Origin: an uncultured Planctomycetota bacterium
Lineage (GTDB): Bacteria > Planctomycetota > Planctomycetia > Gemmatales > HRBIN36
Assembly (NCBI GenBank): GCA_937944855.1
Contig: CALFAY010000048.1
Span: 29,446 to 93,445, forward strand
Direction of reading: 5' to 3'
DNA: 64,000 nucleotides
The first letter of the stretch is position 1. Every line of letters begins with the position of its first letter. The position numbers and the translations under genes were made by a program. Positions 25,532 to 33,401 of the stretch are shown here, one piece after another. The notes under the pieces were generated by a model, which made no database searches, had not been told where the DNA came from, and saw only the letters and a program-made list of their open reading frames with translations.

Positions 25532-26875
25532 TTACTTGGCCAAGAGGTTCAGGACCGCGGCAGACATGGCCTGCACCCCGGTTTTCAAGGTCGGTTCCAG
25601 GACCGGGTAGTAACCGTCCGAGTGCATCGAAGGCAGGGGCCGTCCGCCGTTGGCCGCTTCCTCCAGGCGCTTCGGCGATTCGGTGCCGAGGCGAAACATG
25701 CAGATTGGAACCCCGGCCAGACCGAAGCGGCTGAAGTCCTCGCCGCCCATGATCGGCGGTTTGGAAACGACGTTGTCTTCCCCCAAAGCTGCCCGGAGCG
25801 CCGCGGCGGTCTTGCGGGTCAACTGCACATCGTTGACCATCGCCGGAGTGAACTCGTCGGCATGAACAATGACCTCCGGCTCCGGAGCTCGGGCAGCCTG
25901 GGCCGCTGCCTTGGCGATCCGTTCAATCCCTTTGAGAAGGTGATGCCGCACCGAGGTCTTGAACGACCGCACCGTTAACTGCATCTTGACCTCGTTGGGA
26001 ATGATGTTGTGCTTCGTTCCACCGTGAATCGAACCGACCGTCACCACGGCCGAATCCAACGGATCGGTCTCCCGACTGACCAGCGTTTGCAGGTCGAGAA
26101 CGATGCGGGCGGCAATGACGATGGGATCAATGGTCGTGTGCGGAGCAGAACCGTGGCCCCCCTTCCCCTTGACGATGATGTCCACGCTATCCACGTTCGC
26201 CAGCGCCAGCCCTTCGGTGATGCCGACGGCGCCATGCGGCGTAAAGTTGTCACAATGCAAAGCCAGCGCGAAGTCCGGCTTGGGGAAGCGCGTGTAAAGC
26301 CCGTCTTCGAGCATGGCCTTGGCCCCTCCGCCGCGTTCCTCCGCCGGTTGGCCGATGAAAACCAGGGTCCCGCTCCAGCGGTCCTTCAATTCCGTCAAGA
26401 CCCGGGCCGTCCCTACCCAACAGGCCATGTGCATGTCGTGGCCGCAGGCGTGCATGACGCCGATCTCCCGGCCCTCCGCATCCTTGACTCGCACCTTGCT
26501 GGCGAAGGGCAGGCCGGTTCGCTCGATTACAGGAAGCGCGTCCATGTCGGCCCGCACCATGACCGTCGGCCCTGGGCCGTTCTTTAACACGCCGACCACG
26601 CCATACCCGCCGACGCGCTCCGTGACCGCGAACCCAAGTTTCCGCAGTTCTTGAGCAAGTCGTGCAGAGGTCTTCTCCTCCTGGTAGGAAAGCTCAGGGT
26701 TGGCGTGGAGGTGCTTGTAGAGTTGTTCCAGATCGTCGTAGTGTTTTTCCAAGATCCGCTGCACTTCGGGCAACAGTTCCGGCAACCGCACATGGGCCGA
26801 TTCTGCGGCTCGACCCGCTTGCCATGCGACCACCAACCCCGCTACCGTCAGGAGCCGAATCGCCCACTTGCACAT
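25532..26875 (-). CDS. M20D-family amidohydrolase (aminoacylase / hippurate hydrolase-like), secreted
   Basis: 'VMHACGHDMH', 'FIGQPAEE', 'ALHC' and 'GGHGSAPH' motifs. ATG 26875 (MCKWAIRLLTVAGLVVAWQAGRA, a signal peptide) is preferred to the track start 27127, which would overlap the divergent gene. Confidence 0.85.
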   Translation of the reverse strand: MCKWAIRLLTVAGLVVAWQAGRAAESAHVRLPELLPEVQRILEKHYDDLEQLYKHLHANPELSYQEEKTSARLAQELRKLGFAVTERVGGYGVVGVLKNGPGPTVMVRADMDALPVIERTGLPFASKVRVKDAEGREIGVMHACGHDMHMACWVGTARVLTELKDRWSGTLVFIGQPAEERGGGAKAMLEDGLYTRFPKPDFALALHCDNFTPHGAVGITEGLALANVDSVDIIVKGKGGHGSAPHTTIDPIVIAARIVLDLQTLVSRETDPLDSAVVTVGSIHGGTKHNIIPNEVKMQLTVRSFKTSVRHHLLKGIERIAKAAAQAARAPEPEVIVHADEFTPAMVNDVQLTRKTAAALRAALGEDNVVSKPPIMGGEDFSRFGLAGVPICMFRLGTESPKRLEEAANGGRPLPSMHSDGYYPVLEPTLKTGVQAMSAAVLNLLAK

Positions 26876-27062
26876 ACACCACCGTTCTCTTCGGAACCGC
26901 GGAAAACCAGGGGACGCCCTGCAAAGTAGCGTAGCGATCGGCATTAGCCCGGTAAAGGGGCCGATGTCATTCCGTTGTGCTAACAGCGAAAGGTGAAGCG
27001 GTTGCGAACTTGCCTGCCGACGCGTATACTTTGAAAAAAGTTCAGACACAACTCGCCGTCGA

Positions 27063-28571
27063 GTGGGAGGTGCATGCCCCGGAGGACCGGCCGTGAGCGA
27101 TGCGACAGCTTCGCCGAAGAGGCGCACAGGCCTGTGGCTGACGATCCTGGCCGCTCTCGTGTTGGCGGTCGGTACGCCCCTGCTTTGGTTCCACTACCAG
27201 CGAGAGGCCGAATTCCGCGACCTACAAGCAGCCCTGGCTGAGACCGATGCCCTGGAACCGGACGGTTGGCGGCTCGAGGACCTGGAGCGTCAGCGGCGTC
27301 ATATCCCCGACGAAGAGAACTCAGCATTGGTGATCCTTCGTGCTAACGCTCTTGAGCAGAAGGATTGGCCCTGTTGGTGGTACAATTCATCCAAGGTGCC
27401 TTTGTACAGTTCCGATGAAACAACCGACTACGAATCGATGGCGACCCTTGGCGTTGGGCCGCCTAATTATCTCCTGAATGAAACCCAATTTAACATCATG
27501 CGTAATGAGATATGCCGAAATCATCGGCAACTGGCTGCGCTTGCCGCTTTGGATGGCAAGTTCTCCGGAAGATTTCCCCATTCAATAAAAAGTCCAGTAA
27601 TTCTTACGAATTATAACCACCTGCAGATACTGCGAAAGCTTGTTAGCGCTCTTGACTTTCAAGCTTGGGTTAAAGCCCAGGAGGGCGACTTCGAGGCAGC
27701 TTGGCAAAGTCTGACAAGAAGCGTCTTGGCCATTCGCTCCTGCGGCGACGAATGCGCGACCAGACCGCTTATGGTACGAATGGCCCTGGTCCGTACCTTT
27801 GTAAAGTCAACAGAAGTTGTGATGGCGCTTGGTCCGACCCAGGAAGACCACCTCCCAACCCTTCAGGAGCTTGTCAAGATGGAGAGCCAGGAGCCGCTTT
27901 GGCAGCGATTAATTCGAGCCGAGCGGGCGTTCGTGGACCGTTGCCACGAGGAATTGACTTCAGGACTAATTTCTTTTTCTGATTTGGCCGGCATTCCCAA
28001 ACAACCATCGGGGTTCCTCGACGATGCGTTCACCGAGTATTATTTGCAATTCTCTTACGGCTCTATACTCTCCAGAAGAGCCCGTGCCTTGCGGCATTTC
28101 AATAAACTTCAATCGCTAGCCGCCGAAACTCCGGAGGCCGTAGTGATTTCCATGGCTGCTGCGGGCTTCATGATTAGCGCAAAGCATCCCCTTGACGATT
28201 TGATAGATTTCTGGCCGAGAATCATCTTTGTTTATGGACGACATGCCGCCCTACTTCAGTGCCTGCAAGTCGCCCTGGCCTTGGAACGGTATCGTCTCCG
28301 AAACGGGCACTGGCCGCGCTCCCTGGATGAACTCGTGCCTGAGTTTTTGGAGAATGTCCCGCTTGATCCTTTTGACGGGCAACCCCTTCGTTATGCAGAT
28401 ACAGCGGAAGGCAAAGTTGTCTACTCCGTCGCTGTTGACCAAGTGGACAACGGAGGTAAGGTTTGCGACGGACACGGATTTCGCAAAAATACCGATCTCG
28501 GCTTTCGGCTCTACAATCCCGAGCACCGACGCAAGCCGCCCCGAGACAGGGAACTTATTGCGGAGCCATAA
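27063..28571 (+). CDS. Membrane-anchored hypothetical protein
   Basis: N-terminal TM 'LWLTILAALVLAVGTPLLWF'. The C-terminal 'VPLDPFDGQPLRYADTAEGKVVYSVAVDQVDNGG' motif is seen in many uncharacterised proteins. G+C is noticeably lower than in the flanks. Confidence 0.6.
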   Translation: MGGACPGGPAVSDATASPKRRTGLWLTILAALVLAVGTPLLWFHYQREAEFRDLQAALAETDALEPDGWRLEDLERQRRHIPDEENSALVILRANALEQKDWPCWWYNSSKVPLYSSDETTDYESMATLGVGPPNYLLNETQFNIMRNEICRNHRQLAALAALDGKFSGRFPHSIKSPVILTNYNHLQILRKLVSALDFQAWVKAQEGDFEAAWQSLTRSVLAIRSCGDECATRPLMVRMALVRTFVKSTEVVMALGPTQEDHLPTLQELVKMESQEPLWQRLIRAERAFVDRCHEELTSGLISFSDLAGIPKQPSGFLDDAFTEYYLQFSYGSILSRRARALRHFNKLQSLAAETPEAVVISMAAAGFMISAKHPLDDLIDFWPRIIFVYGRHAALLQCLQVALALERYRLRNGHWPRSLDELVPEFLENVPLDPFDGQPLRYADTAEGKVVYSVAVDQVDNGGKVCDGHGFRKNTDLGFRLYNPEHRRKPPRDRELIAEP

Positions 28572-28622
28572 ACGCGGATGCCAGCCCACGGGATCGGAGA
28601 CAATAAGGGCGCCCTGGCCTGT

Positions 28623-29063
28623 CTAATGACTCTGCGAGACCTCAGTGGCGCGGCCAGCAATGCGAAGCTGAATCCGAGCCTTGGCGGCCGCTTGCTGACG
28701 CGATTCCCGTTCTTTGGCTGTCGCTGCCGGTTGCCGAGCCGCTTCCAAGTCTGCCTCCGCCTTCGCCACGTCGATCTCCTCGGCCGGCACAGCCCGCGAC
28801 GTCAGCACCGTGACCACATTGCCGCGAATCTGGGCAAAACCTCCGTCCACGTAAAATCGCTGGGCATGGTCGCCGGTGGTCAACCGCAGCTCTCCCGTAC
28901 CGAGACGGCCGATCAGCGGAGCACGGCCCGGAAGCACGCCCAGTTCCCCGTCGAACATCGGCAGAGCGATAAAGTCGACCTTCTCATCCAGGAGGGTGCG
29001 TTCCGGAGTGACCACCACGCATTGCAGACTTGGACGGGATGTCTGAGTTTCCATCGGTTCCAC
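28623..29063 (-). CDS. atpC: F-type ATP synthase epsilon subunit
   Basis: 'LQCVVVTPERTLLDEKVDFIALPMFDGELGVLPGRAPLIGRLGTGELRL...FYVDGGFAQIRGNVVTVLTSRA' matches the epsilon beta-sandwich plus C-terminal helical hairpin. An RBS 'AGGTGGA' lies 5 nt before the ATG. Confidence 0.85.
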   Translation of the reverse strand: MEPMETQTSRPSLQCVVVTPERTLLDEKVDFIALPMFDGELGVLPGRAPLIGRLGTGELRLTTGDHAQRFYVDGGFAQIRGNVVTVLTSRAVPAEEIDVAKAEADLEAARQPAATAKERESRQQAAAKARIQLRIAGRATEVSQSH

Positions 29064-29174
29064 CTGGCACGGTCAGGGAAATCAACCAACTCGAAAAGGC
29101 AGCGACCTAGCCGCAAGCAACCTTCAAGGAGATGTAGAACCCAAACCATGAAGCGACAATCCCCAGCCCCATCG

Positions 29175-29909
29175 CTATCTATTTCGCTTCCGCCCGATGA
29201 AGCGATAATACGGCACCTGGAACCCGGGCAGGTACGGCATCCGTGCCCAGTGCTCCGAAAAGCTGACGGTCTCGAAGCGGCGCTCCAGATAGGGAACGTG
29301 GTCTGGTGAAGGATAAACGTTATCGACATTGAACCAGATGGGCCAGAAGGTCCGGGTGAACCAGGTATGTCGTCGGTGGGCTGCGACCGTGTGCTTCCGC
29401 GAGACGTAAAAATCAACCACGCCGATGTGACCGCCGGGGGAAAGCAGTTCCAAGGCGTGGTCTATGGCGGCGAACCAGTCGGGAATCATCGTCAAGGAAT
29501 AGGAAAACGTGATAACATCCGCCCGTCCTTCCGGCGGCACGAACGTGATGGCGTCCGCCAGGACAGGTTCGACGTTGCTCCAGCCCCGACGGGTCACGCG
29601 GTCACGGGCGACTTCCAGCAGGGAAGAGGCTAGGTCCACGACGTAGATCTTGCGTAAAGCGGCCAACCGATCGACGATGAATTCGAGGTTCTGTCCGGTG
29701 CCTCCGCCCATGTCGATCCACACCCCGCCTTCGGGAAGCGGCAGCTCCCGCAGCATCTCCTCTCGGCCACGCAACAACCGCTTGCGGAAATCATCGTAAT
29801 GGGCGGCCTGATGACGATAGAAGCTGTCGAGCCGCTCGGCATGGTTCCTGCCGCGAATCGGGCTGAGAGTCAGATGGTAGAGGACTTTGAGATCAGCCAG
29901 CAAAGACAT
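29175..29909 (-). CDS. btaB: SAM-dependent N-methyltransferase, BtaB-like (betaine lipid DGTS synthesis)
   Basis: 'LDSFYRHQAAHYDDFRKRLLRGR', the SAM motif 'IDMGGGTGQN', 'VITFSYSLTMIPDW' and 'VPYYRFIG' are as in BtaB. It lies directly downstream of a BtaA-like gene. Confidence 0.8.
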   Translation of the reverse strand: MSLLADLKVLYHLTLSPIRGRNHAERLDSFYRHQAAHYDDFRKRLLRGREEMLRELPLPEGGVWIDMGGGTGQNLEFIVDRLAALRKIYVVDLASSLLEVARDRVTRRGWSNVEPVLADAITFVPPEGRADVITFSYSLTMIPDWFAAIDHALELLSPGGHIGVVDFYVSRKHTVAAHRRHTWFTRTFWPIWFNVDNVYPSPDHVPYLERRFETVSFSEHWARMPYLPGFQVPYYRFIGRKRNR

Positions 29910-29953
29910 CCGGTGCCCTCACGACGCGGGTGGATCGAGTCCGGAAAACGTTG

Positions 29954-31153
29954 CTAGGCGAGAGCCAGGTCGGCGATGTAGAAGCTGCCGTAAGTGTGGA
30001 CTCGATCTTTGGCGTGCAACTCAGCCGCCAGATCCTGATGATACCGCAGAAGGTCGCCGACGCGGTAACAACGGCCCTGCACCTCGACCTTGAGGGGATC
30101 GACATACTCGACCTTCAGCCCTCCGCTGCGCCACAGGATGCGGGCATCGTGGGTGGCTCGATTGACAATAGCCTGCCATTCGCGCTCCAGTTCCCCGTGT
30201 CGGAATGTACTGAGCCAGTCCATGTGGTCCAGCAGCACGAAACGGGAGATCTTGCCGTCATGGTTGTCGAGGAACTGCTGCAACGATCCCGTGTGGACGC
30301 TGATGCGGTCGAGCAGGCCGTTGCGGAGACGATGAAAGTTGTCTTCCTTCAGATACTCCGGACAGCACGTCCGTGAGTATTCGCCAGTCAAATACACACG
30401 CCAAAAGTAATTGTCCCAGATGGGCAGACAGGCGAACACGGCCTCGACGCAGTCTTCGATGTACTTGGCGATGCCGCCCTGATAATAGCGTTCCACCTGC
30501 TGCCGCTGCGGTCGGGGCACACCGACGAAGGACAACGTCGTGTCCCTGCCGATCATCCAGCGGACGAATCGCTTCCAGACCGCGTCTCGAAGCTCGCCGA
30601 AGTAAATGCTCTGCTGTTCATCGAGCGAGGTGGCTGCCAACAGACGGCTGACGGCGTCCCGGACGCGGGCGATGCGGTCGATGTAGAAATTGGCCAGTCG
30701 GGCAAACGTCCCAGAACTGCCGTGAAAATAAAAGCTGTTCCTCCAGCCGCCCGGATCGAAGAAATTGATGTGCCTGTCCCAGTATTCTGCCGCTTGCGGG
30801 CTGAGACCGGGCCGCAGATACTCCCGATAGATGGTCCGGTAATTCCGCAGTCTGCCCCGGCCGAACATCTCGAAGAAGGTTTCAAAATCGAGATGCCGGA
30901 TGCCGACGATCTTCAGTTCGAGCAGGGCATTCTGCCGGGGATTCATGTCCACCGCGTAGATGTGCCGGGGTGCCAGCAAGGCGTAGTCCAGGACGTTGCA
31001 GCCGGCGGAAGTAAGGACGGCGATGGTGTCGTCCGGCCCCAAATCGAGGGCGACGCGATCCAGCCGCGGATCCTCCCAGCAGGTATTGTACACCAGGTTA
31101 TTTCCATGCACAAAGGAGAACCACCGACCGCTAAGCCAATCTCCGCGCAACAT
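29954..31153 (-). CDS. btaA: S-adenosylmethionine:diacylglycerol 3-amino-3-carboxypropyl transferase, BtaA-like (DUF3419)
   Basis: The 'VYNTCWEDPRLDRVAL...VLTSAGCNVLDY' N-terminal block is typical of BtaA/DUF3419. ATG 31153 has a 'GAGG' RBS 5 nt upstream. The alternative start is 31285 (the track start). Confidence 0.8.
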   Translation of the reverse strand: MLRGDWLSGRWFSFVHGNNLVYNTCWEDPRLDRVALDLGPDDTIAVLTSAGCNVLDYALLAPRHIYAVDMNPRQNALLELKIVGIRHLDFETFFEMFGRGRLRNYRTIYREYLRPGLSPQAAEYWDRHINFFDPGGWRNSFYFHGSSGTFARLANFYIDRIARVRDAVSRLLAATSLDEQQSIYFGELRDAVWKRFVRWMIGRDTTLSFVGVPRPQRQQVERYYQGGIAKYIEDCVEAVFACLPIWDNYFWRVYLTGEYSRTCCPEYLKEDNFHRLRNGLLDRISVHTGSLQQFLDNHDGKISRFVLLDHMDWLSTFRHGELEREWQAIVNRATHDARILWRSGGLKVEYVDPLKVEVQGRCYRVGDLLRYHQDLAAELHAKDRVHTYGSFYIADLALA

Positions 31154-31320
31154 AGAAACCTCGAACGCAGGGCGGCCATGCTTGCGTGAAAGCCGCCGAG
31201 GGAGTCGCCGATCCGCGATGAACCGGGGAATCGGAGGGATGGTCCCAAGCACGATCAGAATACGGATCTGACTTGCCAAGAGCAAACGAAATCATGGGGC
31301 AAAGCTGGGTGAGGGTCGAA

Positions 31321-32244
31321 TTAACGTCCTGCTCCCGGCAAGACCACCGTATGGTCCGTATCCGAATCGCTAAGAGTGCGGACCTGGACGCGGGAGAAAA
31401 TGTTCTGCAATTCCTTGAGATACAGGTTCAACAGGAGGCTCTCCGAGGAAGAATCGTGGGGATGATACTGCTCCAGCAGGGCGAAAAACGCCGCGGCCTC
31501 GGCCTCTGCCTTGCGAACCCGGTCTTTGGACGCCGCTCGAGCTTCACTGACAATTCTGCGGGCCTGCTGCTGAGCGGACGAGATTTCGATCTGGCTGGCC
31601 CCCAGGGCCTCGCGTTCCGTGATCTCTTTCTGAGTGCGCGCCCGATTGACCTGACGAAAGGCCTCGGCCAGTTCGGCCGGAGGCTGAACATAAGTAAGGT
31701 TCACGCTTTCGATGACGATGCCAAGCCGATACCGTCGGATTTCTGCGGACAGCAGCTGCTGAATCCGCGACTCCAGGCCGCCTGCCTGTCCCAAGAGCAC
31801 GGCATCGACCCGCTCCGAAGCCAACGCCCGGCTCAAGGCGGCCTCAGCAGCCCGTGGCAGAACCTCCGAGGCTTTATCGGCATTGAGCACGTAATCCGCG
31901 ACGGCTCCCGGAGTTTCACGGTCCACTCGGTAATAGACGCTGATCCGGACGTCGATCAGATTGTTGTCCCCCGTGAGGAGTTGACCGGCGGGAACGCTGT
32001 CCTCAGGAAGAGGCAAATCCGGCAGGAAACCCACTCCCAGCTGTCTTTGCGAATCGACGGCGATGCGGTCCACGCGGTCCAGGCCCCAGGGCAGACCGAC
32101 GTTGAGGCCGGGCAGTCGCGGCTGTTCGAGCACCCGACCGAAACGGCGGACCACTGCCAATTCACCCGGCTTGACCTGGTAAATACCCGTTGCCAGGTAG
32201 GACAAACCCACGATTAATAGAAGCAGATACAGCCAGCGTCTCAT
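31321..32244 (-). CDS. SPFH/band-7 protein, HflK-like
   Basis: N-terminal TM followed by '[42 protein letters not shown]', then a coiled-coil A/E/R-rich region. ATGA overlap with the upstream SPFH gene. Confidence 0.8.
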   Translation of the reverse strand: MRRWLYLLLLIVGLSYLATGIYQVKPGELAVVRRFGRVLEQPRLPGLNVGLPWGLDRVDRIAVDSQRQLGVGFLPDLPLPEDSVPAGQLLTGDNNLIDVRISVYYRVDRETPGAVADYVLNADKASEVLPRAAEAALSRALASERVDAVLLGQAGGLESRIQQLLSAEIRRYRLGIVIESVNLTYVQPPAELAEAFRQVNRARTQKEITEREALGASQIEISSAQQQARRIVSEARAASKDRVRKAEAEAAAFFALLEQYHPHDSSSESLLLNLYLKELQNIFSRVQVRTLSDSDTDHTVVLPGAGR

Positions 32245-33335
32245 CGGGAAGGCCCCCCAGGGTTGGCTGGCGAAACGGCCGATTCGTTGGACGCAGGGTT
32301 CGCCTTGTCCTCCGCCGATCGAGCAGTTCCGCGGAGTCCGGCTCCTGGAGAATTTCCTGGCTTGGGCAAGTCTTTCAATAAGGAAAGCAAAGGATGGTCC
32401 AGCGACAGAATGATCTGCGTCTTATCGTCGCCGAACATCTGGCGATAGCCTTCTAACATGCGAATGGTACGGTAGAAATCGGGGGCCTCCTTGTGGGCGT
32501 CGTTGAGGATTCGCGCTGCGTCGGCCCGAGCCTGGCCTTCGAGGCGGATGCGTTCGGCCTCGGCTTCCGTCCGGATTCTTCGAGCGGCAAGTTCCCCTTC
32601 GGCACGGATCCGAGCCGCTTCGACTTCCCCCTGCAATCGGTAATTGTTCGCTTCCCGTTTGCGGTCCTCCCGGATTTTGGCGAAAATCTCGTCCCGCACT
32701 TGGACCGGATGGTTGAACCGCCGCAGACGGATGTCCACCAGATCAATACCGACCTGCTGCGTTCTGTCGGCCAGGCTGATCGGCTTTTCCTCCGGACCGG
32801 TTCCCCGGAGATAGGGTCGGTTGCGCACTTGGTCGAGCAGTTCCCCGATGCGTAACTGCTGCACCTCGGTATTGACCAATTGGTTTAACAGCAGACTGCT
32901 AAGCTCGACTTTGAGGCGGCTGATGATCTGGCTGCGAAGGAAGTCCTGGGCGCGCTCCAGAGTACCGAAGTTCCGGACGAAGAGATCGACAGTATCCCGC
33001 TCGGCTGTCGGTTCAGCGATCCGCCAGCAAACGTAGACGTCGAAGGTGAGCGGCAGCGGCTTCTCGGTGCCGGACTGTTCGTCCCGGTCGCGAATGAGCA
33101 TTTCCTGCGTGGGCACGTCGAAGAACTGAAGCCGACGATCCAGGCGAAGCACATCCTGGATCGGCCAGGGTGCTTTCCAGTGCCAACCGGCTTCGCTGGC
33201 GCCGTCGTAGGTAGCGACCTGGGCGCCGAACTGCGTCACATAGACGAACTCGGCCTGGTCCACGAAGACCACGGCACTGTAGGCCGTCCAGGCCAGTGCG
33301 CCTGCCAAAACGATATGCCAAATGCGCGGTCTCAT
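32241..33335 (-). CDS. SPFH/band-7 protein, HflC-like
   Basis: N-terminal TM, 'VFVDQAEFVYVTQFGAQV' and 'GIDLVDIRLRRFNHP', then a long 'EAEAERIRLEGQARADAARI' coiled-coil region. Confidence 0.8.
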   Translation of the reverse strand: MRPRIWHIVLAGALAWTAYSAVVFVDQAEFVYVTQFGAQVATYDGASEAGWHWKAPWPIQDVLRLDRRLQFFDVPTQEMLIRDRDEQSGTEKPLPLTFDVYVCWRIAEPTAERDTVDLFVRNFGTLERAQDFLRSQIISRLKVELSSLLLNQLVNTEVQQLRIGELLDQVRNRPYLRGTGPEEKPISLADRTQQVGIDLVDIRLRRFNHPVQVRDEIFAKIREDRKREANNYRLQGEVEAARIRAEGELAARRIRTEAEAERIRLEGQARADAARILNDAHKEAPDFYRTIRMLEGYRQMFGDDKTQIILSLDHPLLSLLKDLPKPGNSPGAGLRGTARSAEDKANPASNESAVSPANPGGPSR

Positions 33336-33401
33336 GGCGTCACCTTGATTGTTTTCTCATCGCCCGCTACCGCTTCTTCGCCCGCAGCGAGGCACCAAAA
33401 C

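Noticed and set aside
28600-28620. The palindrome AGGGCGCCCT between the convergent 27063-28571 gene and atpC, considered as a possible bidirectional terminator.
   Set aside because: The stem is too short (no loop, 4-5 bp) and there is no T-tract on either strand.
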